Assembly (NCBI GenBank): GCA_023334545.1
Contig: JAADVB010000153.1
Coordinates: 1-46,219, forward strand
Direction: 5' to 3'
DNA: 46,219 bases
Source: Salisapilia sapeloensis CBS 127946
Lineage: Eukaryota; Protista; Oomycota
Under the pieces are notes generated by a model. That model saw only the letters and a list, made by a program, of their open reading frames with translations, ran no database searches and had not been told where the DNA came from. Of the stretch, positions 33,642-44,756 are shown one piece after another. The position numbers and the translations under genes are program-made. The number at the start of each line of letters is the position of its first letter. Within the stretch, counting starts at the first letter, position 1.

Positions 33642-34793
33642 TCACGATGCAACTTTTACAAGATACTTGTTCTTGCGATGGCGACTAGATCTTCTCGTTG
33701 TCTCAAGCGTGGATGTCTCATTCGCCCGTCTACCTGCTGCTTCAATTGCATTAATGCGGTCTCGTACACCAAAAGATGTTGTCGTAATAGGAATCATTCC
33801 GACTGAAATTAGCCTCGTGATCAAGCTGGATACACCAAGCATGATTTCAGATGAAAATCCATTCATGTACCATGTGAATACCGTCAGTTGGTACAACGAC
33901 GCTGTGCCAAAAGCAAGCAAAAGACAGCATTTTTGCCCACCGGAGAACGTCGACCAGAGAGGAATGAAGTAGATCAAAAGGCCAATGAATGCAACAAAAA
34001 CGCAACTCTACACGCGAATAAGTTATATCACTTTGCATCACTATGTGTAGCGATATAGATCGGCAAAAGTAGAAATATGGCGTACAAGCTCAGCGAAGAT
34101 GACTGATCCGTAGACGCCTGGCGTATCGTTTACCCAAAGTCTCTCGATGTATATCATAAGTTCATCCCATGGAGTACGCTTCCAAGAAATTCATTAGAAA
34201 CATACATTGCCGAGTTTTAGTACTTAAATGGTTTTATATAGAGTTTCGAGATTACCATGAGGCTGGCCATGTTATTGAAAATCATATAAACAAGGTCCTT
34301 GCTATCCGAAGAAGGCACTGGAGCATCTGTTAAGCCACCTCCTTCTTCATCGCTATAATTCTACAAAATTTGCTGCGTCAGACAACACTTACAGTTTAAC
34401 AACCCCTACGACACTTATACGCACTCCCGATTCGAAGATTCCCACGCTTTTAGTTGTGTCTTCATACGAATAGATAGCGGTTGAGCTATACGTTAAACTA
34501 TATGCACGTATTTGTTTCGTCGATTTAGCTCTAGTTGTCAGCCTTGTGATTACTCCACTCTCGTCAGCGTCCAAGACGACGGACTTTGATACTTGGCTAA
34601 ACCGCTTGCAGAAATTGATAGACCGTGCCTTCAGCTTTGCCGAGTAATACTGAGGATAAAGGTTTGAATCGGCATCTTTCAATTCCACGCCATTCGTGCC
34701 CAAAACCAGCCAGTTACCATTCACCTCTGCCGATACTCTGATGACATTGCTATGCAACGCAGTGAATAGACAAAACAAAACCTGAAGCTTCAT
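33642..34793 (-). CDS. Hypothetical membrane protein with a signal peptide and about 3-4 C-terminal TM helices; probably 4 exons
   Basis: ATG 34793 gives MKLQVLFCLFTALHSNVIRVSA. In-frame exon pieces (NYSDEEGGGLTDAPVP..NMASLM; TPWDELMIYIERLWV..IFAEL; SCVFVAFIGLLIYFIPLW..VAS stop) are linked by plausible GT-AG introns. Exact junctions are uncertain. Confidence 0.5.
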
Positions 34794-35021
34794 GTATCAA
34801 GATCCTATTGAGCCAATTCAAGGCTTCTAAAGAAGTTTGTGCTTGTCTAACTCGCACGAAACGGAAAGATGTATAGCACGTCCGTTTTGCTTTAGCAAGG
34901 TTCCAGCCGAGACAGTATAATTAGTATAGCTATATCAAGCTATATAGGTCGATCACCGGATATGATACCTTCGAGCAACCTTCACCGACATGCTGGACAA
35001 TAGTTCGCATCACGCCTGGCA

Positions 35022-36378
35022 ATGGAATCGGAGGCGTCATCGACTGCTACGACAAATACCAAGGTACTGTACGGACGTCGAGCTTATCGTTACATACCTG
35101 CTCATTCTTGCCACTACTCTATGCGCCAATGTGATAAGCACTTATAGTGAATAAACGTATTTACGCTCGTATTTGTATTGAATAGAATTCAAATGGAGGG
35201 AAATTGCCCACCTTTGAAAACTTGCATCCTTGCATGCCTCCAAAACTGCGTCATTTGTTCTCTCTATTTTCAGCCATGGAATTCGGACTGAGCTCTTTGA
35301 ATTTGTATCAACACTCGCCTGCGTTTGACGCCGTGAAGCGTGCTGTGGAAAGCTCGAGCCAAAGGTATTTCCATGCTACCTTCTTCTTGTCGATCTTAGT
35401 CTAATGCCTGTGTTTTCAGCACCTTTACTTTATCTCATCTCCAATCCATTGCTCATTTGGCGCCCGAACTCTACTATTTCAGTCAAAAGCCACCGCCCAA
35501 GTCATCCAAGAGCCAAGTCCCAATCCTACTTGTTCATCGACGGACAGTATCATCCAAACCAGAATCTATGGAGGATTCATCTAGGCAGACTACTACTCCA
35601 TTATCCCTGTCAGATCGTATCGACTTCTTTGGTACAAAACTCAATGCCGTTATTACGACTGAAATTGAATTGAAAGAGGAGTATCAGGGTCTATCGCGTG
35701 ATGAGATCCAATTGCGACTTGAAAAGGACCTCGAGATACAATCACCAGCTCTACAAATAGTAGAAGAAACTAAAGGGAGTACTTCGCTGAATTCAAAGCG
35801 TCCGAGAAATGCCATGATGGAGAAGGAAATTGATGAAGAAGTGAGTGAAGAAGTAAAGGAGGCTCTTACTGCTCCCATTCCACCAGAATTAGACGATCTA
35901 CCAACATGGCTGATTACAAAAGTACACAAAATTATCTACTAGAGATAAATGACTCCTTACTGATGAAAGCAAACAGGTGCGAAAGCAGGAACAAGCAACG
36001 AAGCGATCGGTACTAAAGCAGAAAAAGTCGGATGCGGTCCGAATGGTGGAAACGTTACCAGAGCTGAGTGCTCAGATCCAATCCTACACCCTCTTTGCAC
36101 GGAAGACGACCTTCCTCTTATCCGATTTAGAAGAACACATTACCCATCCACCTATGAAAGGTACGCTACTCGTTTCTATCTTCCAAAACACTCTTTACAA
36201 GTTGCAAGTAGGCAAAGTCAAGGAGCAAGTGTACATGTTAGAAGAGATAGTACCGTTCTGGCTGCAAGTCCATCTTCAGGACGGCGAAGAATATGTCAAA
36301 TTGACGAAACGATACACTTTTAAAAAGGTCAAAGCAGCTCTCCAAGACCATCTCCGGACGTATACGCTGTCCAGCTAA
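35022..36378 (+). CDS. CDT1: DNA replication licensing factor CDT1; 4-5 exons
   Basis: Exons 35022-35063 (inferred), 35186-35364, 35420-35921 and 35977-36378. N-terminal winged helix: PPKLRHLFSLFSAME..PAFDAVKRAVE..TFTLSHLQSIAHLAPELYYF. Middle: LPTWLITKVRKQE...LPEL. C-terminal MCM-binding domain: MLEEIVPFWL..YVKLTK. Confidence 0.85.
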
Positions 36379-36510
36379 TTTTAAATAAAAGGTAGTTCCG
36401 ACATCCACATGCAACGTCCCCTTCCTCTGATACTTTATACATCAACGACGGTGGAAGATCGCGAAGAGGAAGGCGGAGACGGATGGACTCACTTGAAATG
36501 AGTATGGAGC

Positions 36511-38476
36511 ATGGCGAATCAGACAAGGCACGTCAGATTGATCGGTAGGATATCATCGACATCAGCCAAAGTTCCTACTTCTGCTTCGTACATGCCGGTG
36601 ATTTCATCCACCGCGACGGAACGAGAGCCGCTGCTAGGTGGTGGCCGACAGACTCGTCGATCGAGCATTGCTGCCCACTACAAGACACTGCGGACGGATT
36701 TCAAATTCCGAGAACCAAGTCTGAAGGAAGAGCGGAAGAAGCGCATCTTGAAATGGCCAGATTTGACGAGACGAGATCCGTGGCATCGACACTCGAGCAA
36801 ACGAGATCTGTTGCGACGACAGAAAACGGATGACACGCCCATCCTCACTTGTCTCATTCTGGCCATGCCGTGGGCGGCGCTCTCGATCATCAGTATGTAG
36901 TTCAATTAACGCCAGGATATATTCCTAAATTCACCTTCTGAGTAGATACGTTATTTGATGACGTTCGAGTCACATACATGACGTCCTTGGGGATGTCGGA
37001 CACCGCGCCACGCTTTCTACCAGCACTGACGCAGTTTGTACTGGCGCCGATCTTTGGCGCAGCTTCCGATAGGTCGCTGTCGTCCTGGGGGAGAAGGAGT
37101 ACGTTCATGCTAGTTGCAGCAGGCATGGCGGTCGTGGGAGGTGTCCTTTTCGCATCAGCGAAACACTTTTTCCCACACAACGAAGCAGCTATCAATGCCT
37201 TGTGCGTCCTCCTCAGCGCCAGTCTTCTCCTCATGGACGTACGACTACTTGTTTCTGGTATTCTTCTGACCCTTTCTTATCCTCTGCTACTAGATCGTCA
37301 TCCGAGCGCGTATCATGGACCAAGTCAAGGTAGCGTTCCAAGTTCATGCCCAAGCAGCAGTGACGATGTGGAAAGGAGTTGGTGGCGTTTTAGGCATGCT
37401 GCTCTTCCAGAACTTTACTTCGGACGTGATATTCGCCAGTGAAGTCAGCAGTGAGCACATTCTGACATCCTTTGGCTATGGGCTCATTGGCGTCATCTTC
37501 ACGACTGTCCTGTGTGTCTGGTTACGACCGGAGCGTCAGCAAGACCGACCGATTAGTACGCCATCATTGGCGCCGCTGCTGCAGGAAACCGTGGATCATG
37601 TCGTGTATGCACCCATGATCTTCCGCGTCCTGTGCCTTGTCGACTTTGTCCTCTAGTACGCTTCTTCTCTACACTGTGGTATTGCGTACTAAGTGATGTT
37701 TGGATAGTTTCACATGGTCCACATTCCGAGGACAGACGTTCCACTGGTGGGGTGGACACGTCTATGGCGGGTGCAGAGAAGAAGGTACGCAATGTACACT
37801 CGAGCAGCGAAACTTTAGCGTATAACGATCCGATGCGTAGATGACTGTGCTGCGAGTGGTGTCGCATTGTATAAAGAAGGTCTGAAGACAGCCAACATCA
37901 CGCTGATGGCACAGGTACATCTACTCTTGTACTTTCAGATAGGACGGGTTTGACAGGTTGTGTAGTATGCGTCGGAAGTTGCTGTCTGTTTCCTCCTAAT
38001 CGCTCTTCTCCCGAAAGAGCCGGACGCATGGTTTATTAAACGAGCGTCGGTGTTTGGACTTGCGGTCGGAGGTAGGAACCATGTAGACTTGTGGCAGGTA
38101 CTTGGTACTAATCACATCCATAGCCATCGCACTCGTAGCTTCCGTTATTATTGACTCTCGCTCGATCCCAGTGGCAGCTAGCCTCTTCATCATCACTGGT
38201 ATCTACCACGTCGTCGTCTCTGTCTTCCCCTACTCTGTCGTTGGTATATTGGGTCGAAAGATGCAAGTGACGCCGCGTGGCTTTAATAACAATGGTTTGT
38301 ACGTTGGCATGCTCATGCTCTTTGGAGCTGCGTCAGAACTGACTGTCCAGCTTTATGGGACAGAAGACATGGCACCGCTAGGTACAGATAATGTGATGGC
38401 ATTGCCATGTGTCCTCTTTGTAATTGGACTCGTTTGTACGAGCTGCTTCCAATTGCCAGAGTACGACTTTAACTAA
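36511..38476 (+). CDS. SLC45/plant SUC-like (GPH/MFS) sugar:H+ symporter, paralog A; 7 exons, 548 aa
   Basis: Exons 36511-36892, 36946-37238, 37294-37655, 37708-37784, 37841-37914, 37966-38071 and 38124-38476 join in frame. Motifs APIFGAASDRSLSSWGRR, RARIMD, WWGGHVYGG..YKEGL and NGLYVGML. The substrate is inferred from family only. Confidence 0.82.
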
Positions 38477-39034
38477 TCGACAACAGGACAAGTATAATTT
38501 CTTTCGTGCATTTGTCAATGTATTCCGTTAAACCAAGTGAGTCGGACGCAGGGAGCGACTGGACCACGATGATCTAGTACTTTTGCAGCTCAAGACTTGT
38601 AGCATGAACCAAAACCTATCTCGTCCTCTTTCTCGTCCGTCTACTATACAGGCGTACGCACGTGAGACTAATCAAGCCTCTAGAGAGTAGAGCTGATGAT
38701 GGAAATCCAGGGTACCGACATGGAACCTATCTGCACACGCGATGCTGTCGTCATCTCATCCAACGTTGAAGAATGTACATCCGGTTCATGTCACTGGTCT
38801 ACCTCATCGTGCGCTTCATGCACAAGCGTCGTCGATGGACGAAGCAGATCTTAGCAACGTCATCCTGTTCCCTCCAGATGGCTTCATCTACGCGGTCTAC
38901 ATGGCCCTTTACCCGCTGACGCAGTTCAGGAAGCCTTTTTATGTTCCACCGCGTCACATTCGCTCCATATAAATACCTACAGTTGGATCTTGGTCCAGAT
39001 AAAGATCGGCAAACGCACCGATGGCCGACTAGTG

Positions 39035-39050
39035 TCATTCCTGCTTTTGC
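39035..39050 (+). promoter_or_regulatory. Oomycete INR+FPR core promoter of ATP-citrate lyase
   Basis: TCATTCC-TG-CTTTTGC is an exact match to YCAYTYY-NN-MWTTTNC, about 150 nt upstream of ATG 39198. Confidence 0.75.
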
Positions 39051-39197
39051 TCCAGACGCCTCGAGCACGTGTCTACCTTCCCCACCGGCTTATCTACTCA
39101 CTTTGCTATCTTCCCAGCTAGCAAAAGCCCCACGAGTTTGCCACCTTTCCCCAAGAGATCGTTCCATCCACACCTACGACACTATCAACTATAAACC

Positions 39198-42100
39198 ATG
39201 TCTGCCAAAGCGATTCGCGAATTTGATGGCAAACGCCTCTTGTCGGACAATGTGACTGCGTTCCAGCTTGAGAAGCGATTTGCACAAGTCAGTGCGACCG
39301 AGCTAAAGGACCAGAGCAAGGAAGACTTCTTCCAGCAGATCGAAGCAGCCAACCCGTGGCTGTCGGATCTTGGCGACGAAAAGCTCGTGGTCAAGCCTGA
39401 CCAACTCATCAAGCGTCGTGGTAAGGCCAACCTCTTGTTGCTCAATGCTACGTGGGAGCAGGTGCAAGACTGGATCTGGGAACGTATGAACCAGAACCTC
39501 CAAGTCGAGGCCGTTTCGGGTGTCCTCACGCACTTCATTGTCGAGCCGTTTGTCAAACACGACGGTAAGGACGAGCACTACGTGTGCATCGTTTCCAACC
39601 GTGAAGGCGAAGAGATCCTCTTCCACCACGAAGGTGGTGTCGACGTCGGTGACGTCGACCAGAAAGCCATGCGTCTCCAAGTGCCTATCGAACGGCCTGC
39701 GACGGAAGACGAGATCAAGGGATCCTTGCTGACCCACCTGGAGGAAAGCCGAAAGGAGACCATGGCTGCCTTCCTCGCCTCCATGCTGCGTGCCTTCCGC
39801 GACCTCCACTTTGTCTACATGGAGATCAACCCTCTTGTCTTTGTCGGCGCCACTGGCAAGCTCGCCGTGCTGGACATGGCTGCCAAGCTCGATGAGACGG
39901 CCAACTTCCTCGTCGGTGAAAAGTGGGGAAGCCAATTGGAGTTCCCGCCAGCCTTTGGCCGTGCAGCGTTCCCGGAAGAAGAGTTCATCTCGGACTTGGA
40001 CTCCAAGACGGGAGCTTCGCTTAAACTCACGATCCTCAACCACACTGGTCGAATCTGGACGATGGTTGCTGGTGGCGGAGCGTCCGTCGTGTACGCTGAC
40101 ACGATTGCCGACCTCGGATTCGGCAAAGAGCTTGCAAACTACGGAGAGTACTCTGGTGCACCTAGCGAAGCCCACACGTACCAGTACGCCAAGACGATCT
40201 TGGATCTCATGACGAGGGGAGACGTCGACGAACGTGGCAAGGTGCTTATCATTGGTGGTGGTATCGCCAACTTTACGGACGTTGCCATGACGTTCAAGGG
40301 CATCATTCGTGCAATCACTGAGTACCAGACCCAATTGAAGCAGCACAAGGTCCACATCTGGGTGCGTCGTGGTGGTCCGAACTACCAGGAAGGACTCACG
40401 GTCATGCGTGAAGTCGGTGAAACGACGGGTGTCCCGATCGAAGTCTTTGGCCCAGAGACGCACATCACCGCCGTGGTCCCCATGGCTCTTGGTCTCATGA
40501 CGCCTCCGACGGAAGAAGAGTTGGAGGAAAAGCGTCGTGTGCGTGAAGTGCCGACCAAGAAGGCTACCAAGAAGGCTAAGAAGGAGCAGAAGAAGGAAAA
40601 AGCCAATGACTCCACGGAAGAAGAGGACAAGGAGCCTGCTTCGACCCCCGAAGTCCCGCGTACGCCTATCCAGCAGGATGAAGGTATCGTCCGCATGCAC
40701 GAAGGCTCTCGTTGCATCGTCTACGGTCTCCAGCAGCGTGCCGTGCAAGGAATGCTCGACTTTGACTACCTGTGCAAGCGCGCGACGCCGAGTGTGGCAG
40801 CACTCATCTTCCCGTTCTCGCCGAACCACTACCTCAAGTTCTACTGGGGCACGACGGAGCGTCTCATCCCTGTCTACCAGGACCTGAAGCAGGCGGTGAA
40901 GAAGTTCCCGGACGTCAGCGTCCTCATCAACTTCTCGTCCTTCCGTTCCGTCTACTCGTCGACGATGGAAGCGCTCGAGTGCAGTGAAACGCTCAAGACG
41001 CACGCGATCATTGCTGAAGGTGTTCCGGAGGCCCAGACGCGTCTTATCGTGAAGAAGGCGAGTGAGAAGGGCGTTGGTCTGATCGGACCTGCGACGGTCG
41101 GCGGCATCAAGCCTGGCTGCATGCGTCTTGGTAACACTGGAGGTATGCTCGACAACATTGTCCAGTCGAAGCTCTACCGACCTGGCAGCGTCGCGTACGT
41201 GTCCAAGAGTGGAGGTATGTCGAATGAGCTGAACAACATCATCAGCCAGAGCTCGGATGGTGTGTATGAAGGTGTGGCCATTGGTGGTGACAAGTACCCT
41301 GGCTCGACGTTCATCCAGCACCTCTTGCGTTACGAAGCTAACCCTGAGATCAAGATGATGGTGCTGCTAGGTGAAGTCGGTGGCACGGATGAATTCCAGG
41401 TCTGCCGTGCTATCCAGGAAGGACGCATCACCAAGCCTGTCGTCGCCTGGTGCATCGGTACGTGTGCCAAGATCTTCCCGTTCGAGGTGCAGTTCGGTCA
41501 CGCTGGTGCCTGCGCGACTGGCGAGTCGGAGACTGCCTCTGCCAAGAACGAGGCACTCGGCAAGGCTGGTGCGCACGTCCCATCCACCTTCGATGACTTT
41601 GGCAACAAGATCCGAGAGGTGTACTCGAAGCTTGTGGCGGACGGCACGATCGAAGAGAAGCCAGAGATGCCGGTGCCGAAGGTTCCGATGGACTACTCGT
41701 GGGCGAAGAACCTCGGACTTATCCGTAAGCCTGCCAACTTCATCTCGTCCATCACGGACGACCGTGGAGAGGAGCTGAAGTACTCTGGCATGCCCATCTC
41801 CCGTGTCTTCGAAGAGGACATGGGCATTGGTGGTGTCCTCGGTCTGCTCTGGTTCAAGCGCCGTCTGCCGCCATATGCTTCTAAATTCATCGAGATGGTG
41901 CTGATGGTCACTGCCGACCATGGTCCTGCCGTGTCTGGTGCGCACAACACGATCGTGACGGCGCGTGCCGGCAAGGACCTCATCTCGAGTCTCGTGTCTG
42001 GTCTCTTGACGATTGGACCACGATTCGGTGGTGCGCTCGACAAGGCAGCCGAGATGTTCGCGACGGCATACGACTCTGGTGTCGACGCGGCGGACTTTGT

Positions 42101-42518
42101 CGCTGACATGCGCCGCAAGAATGAGCTTATTATGGGTATCGGTCACCGCATTAAGTCGCTGAACAACCCGGACAAGCGTGTGGAGATCGTCAAGGAGTAC
42201 GCTCAAGCCAATTTCCCAGCGACGGACATTCTCAACTTTGCGCTTGAAGTGGAACAAGTGACGACCAAGAAGCGTAGCAACTTGATTCTCAACGTTGACG
42301 GCTGCATTGCTGTCTGCTTTGTCGATCTGCTGCGTAACTGTGGTGCGTTCACGCGTGAAGAAGCGGACGAGCAGATCGAGCACGGCTGCCTGAACGGCCT
42401 ATTTGTCCTCGGCCGTAGCATGGGTTTCATTGGTCACTACCTGGACCAGAAGAGGCTCAAGCAGCCCTTGTACCGTCACCCGTGGGACGACATTTCGTAC
42501 ATGGAAGAAGACCTTTAA
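39198..42518 (+). CDS. ACLY: ATP-citrate lyase, single-chain (fused beta+alpha), 1,106 aa, intronless
   Basis: N-terminus [12 protein letters not shown]; [14 protein letters not shown]; [15 protein letters not shown]; NYGEYSGAP; [11 protein letters not shown]; phospho-His QFGHAGA; citrate-synthase-like [24 protein letters not shown]; ends [11 protein letters not shown]. Confidence 0.98.
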   Translation: MSAKAIREFDGKRLLSDNVTAFQLEKRFAQVSATELKDQSKEDFFQQIEAANPWLSDLGDEKLVVKPDQLIKRRGKANLLLLNATWEQVQDWIWERMNQNLQVEAVSGVLTHFIVEPFVKHDGKDEHYVCIVSNREGEEILFHHEGGVDVGDVDQKAMRLQVPIERPATEDEIKGSLLTHLEESRKETMAAFLASMLRAFRDLHFVYMEINPLVFVGATGKLAVLDMAAKLDETANFLVGEKWGSQLEFPPAFGRAAFPEEEFISDLDSKTGASLKLTILNHTGRIWTMVAGGGASVVYADTIADLGFGKELANYGEYSGAPSEAHTYQYAKTILDLMTRGDVDERGKVLIIGGGIANFTDVAMTFKGIIRAITEYQTQLKQHKVHIWVRRGGPNYQEGLTVMREVGETTGVPIEVFGPETHITAVVPMALGLMTPPTEEELEEKRRVREVPTKKATKKAKKEQKKEKANDSTEEEDKEPASTPEVPRTPIQQDEGIVRMHEGSRCIVYGLQQRAVQGMLDFDYLCKRATPSVAALIFPFSPNHYLKFYWGTTERLIPVYQDLKQAVKKFPDVSVLINFSSFRSVYSSTMEALECSETLKTHAIIAEGVPEAQTRLIVKKASEKGVGLIGPATVGGIKPGCMRLGNTGGMLDNIVQSKLYRPGSVAYVSKSGGMSNELNNIISQSSDGVYEGVAIGGDKYPGSTFIQHLLRYEANPEIKMMVLLGEVGGTDEFQVCRAIQEGRITKPVVAWCIGTCAKIFPFEVQFGHAGACATGESETASAKNEALGKAGAHVPSTFDDFGNKIREVYSKLVADGTIEEKPEMPVPKVPMDYSWAKNLGLIRKPANFISSITDDRGEELKYSGMPISRVFEEDMGIGGVLGLLWFKRRLPPYASKFIEMVLMVTADHGPAVSGAHNTIVTARAGKDLISSLVSGLLTIGPRFGGALDKAAEMFATAYDSGVDAADFVADMRRKNELIMGIGHRIKSLNNPDKRVEIVKEYAQANFPATDILNFALEVEQVTTKKRSNLILNVDGCIAVCFVDLLRNCGAFTREEADEQIEHGCLNGLFVLGRSMGFIGHYLDQKRLKQPLYRHPWDDISYMEEDL

Positions 42519-42586
42519 GCATTGAAGAAATACAAGAACTGCGTTTAGAAAATGAAAAATGCCTTTGCAAAATTACATGAACTTAA

Positions 42587-44476
42587 CTACCAGTAGCTGT
42601 CGGTGATTTTGAAGACAAACGTAATGATCGTTGCGATCCACATGAGAAGACATGGGAGAGCGAGGACGTTGTCTGTGCCCAATGTCGCTCCGTCCTTTGT
42701 GTTGTATAACGCTACCGTGAGTTGCGAGCCAGAGCTGAAGACCTCCAGCATGCCGATGAAGAGCCCGTTGTGGTTGAAGCCGTGGGCAGACATTTGACGC
42801 TCTTTGCCCATGATGCCGACGAGCGCGTATGGCCAGATCACTGTGACGACGTAAAAAATTCCCGACAGGACAAAGAAGCCGAAGGTGAGAGGGATGAGGT
42901 GAGGACCGACACTGATAGCGACCGTCACACCGATGGCTGTGACACAAACATTAGAAATCAGATCGATGGTATTTGTACAGATGAGTCTTACTTCCGATGA
43001 GAAGACCGATGACCGAAGAGCGTTTGAGGAAATGCATTTCGGGTGGACTTGGAAGGAAGAAGAAGTAAACGATGGAGACACCAACCTCCACGGCGTTCTA
43101 TACGACAAAGTTAGTACAAGATAAGAGCTAGTTCTTATGTGGGAAGCTACCTGCACGATGAGCGCATTGTTTCCCGTAGCTAGACCGTCTCTGAAGTTGT
43201 CCTGATCAGCATCCGAGCAATCGACTGCACAAGCATAAATGCATGTTAGTAAGAGATATTTCCTTTGTACATTGCAAGAACAAACGACATTTGCATCCGT
43301 CGTAGACGCTCTTTCCCCACCAGTCGTACACTTCATCGGCTACAGATGACCAGGCAAAGCTACAAAGCATGCAGGTCTTAGCCTTTCGTCTACTTATGAT
43401 GGATAATAAACTTACAACTGAACGTAATAGACTAGACAGAGGAGTTTGAAGATCATCGGAGCTGTCATGACTTCGTCCACTGTCTCCTTAATCAGTTTCG
43501 ACAGCGGAGGATGAAATTCGACTGGATCATCCTGCTTCTGCTCCGGCCGGAGCCACACGCCAAGCCCGACAGCGAGTATGACGCCACCATGACACGCACC
43601 AAAGATGGTCATAATGTCCGTGTCCGTAATTGCATCTCCAAAGACAATGATGGACGGGTTGTAGAAGAGCACTTGCGCCAACAATCCGCCCAATCCATCC
43701 CATAATGCCACTGCTGTCTGTGCATGAAACTGATGGGATAACGGTACTTCATCCATAATCCGAGCTCGAATGCCAATCTACCACAAGACGAATTGAGGAT
43801 GCGAAATTGAAAGTATAAAAGTTGGATGGTACGTTGATAAGTAAAAGGCCGATTTGGAGGAGCATGACGAGAAAGTTGAGTGCTGGTGTTTTATCTGGAA
43901 ACAGGCCTTGCGCAGATCCGAAGAGCATGCCTGATACTAGAGAAAGCGCGGCTCCAGAAATCAAAAAGATGTTGCGTCGGCCGAAGCGGGAGAGGTTGCG
44001 ATCGGATGCAGCGCCAAGTACTGGACCGAGGAGCATGTTCGTGAGCACTGGTAGGAAATTGGGAAAGAATGGGTCGCTGCCGAGAGAAATCATGTACGCG
44101 TATCGAATACGACGGAAGACCGTGGCTAGATGGACACTTAGTACGGACAAACGATCGAATATGAGTAGAGTGACGAACCAAGCAGCATGTAGGCGACCCA
44201 TGGCATGGACAAAATAAGACAGGTGCGAATAGGCCGTGCTTCTACCAATTGCGCTGGGTTGCGTGCAATGTCGCCACTACTATGCTGATGAAAAGCATGG
44301 CGTCTTTTGTGCTTCTTGTGCCTTGGATGACGGCTGACATTCGGTGTCGATGGACCATGCGTGTAGTGACCATCGTGATTGCCTTCTTCTATAGCGTGAG
44401 GACTATGATCTGCCGGTGCACCGTCCTCAATCATCGCAGTCTCTGCCTTGGTCGACGTTGGTATATAGGAAGCCAT
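42587..44476 (-). CDS. SLC45/plant SUC-like (GPH/MFS) sugar:H+ symporter, paralog B; 7 exons, ~517-523 aa
   Basis: Exons 44476-44179, 44125-43833, 43777-43416, 43359-(43289 or 43271), 43224-43151, 43097-42992 and 42936-42587. Motifs GPVLGAASDRNLSRFGRR, RARIMD, WWGKSVYDG..FRDGL and NGLFIGML. The track start at 44488 is TTG; the first ATG is 44476. Confidence 0.82.
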
Positions 44477-44756
44477 CGATGCTGTCAAGAAATTTTAAAA
44501 GGGTCGGATCAGATGTCAGCAACACACTTTTGTGGAGTCTGTACAGTACTTTTTTGTTTTCCAACACGATTTTACGCGAATGACGACACCTTGTCGACGC
44601 TGGTGTACCGACACTTTTGATAAAAAGACGTCAGCGACCGAAATACTTGCTACGATCGGCACGAAACCGGCAGAAAGGGCGTGCGGCCTACGCAAGTGGG
44701 CGTAATTATCCGGACAATGCACTTCAGATCCTGCATTCGATGCTCATAAATCCTTC

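Noticed and set aside
39303-42383. Long antisense ORFs (672 and 338 aa) opposite ACL
   Set aside because: They mirror the ACL frame. Strong codon bias (few TTA/CTA/TCA codons) removes antisense stops, and no domain is recognisable.
39198-42518. Fused single-chain ACL as a novelty
   Set aside because: Single-chain ACL is well known in animals and several other eukaryotic groups.
42587-43336. 249-aa ORF as an independent gene
   Set aside because: It is a chance read-through of introns and exons 5-7 of transporter paralog B.
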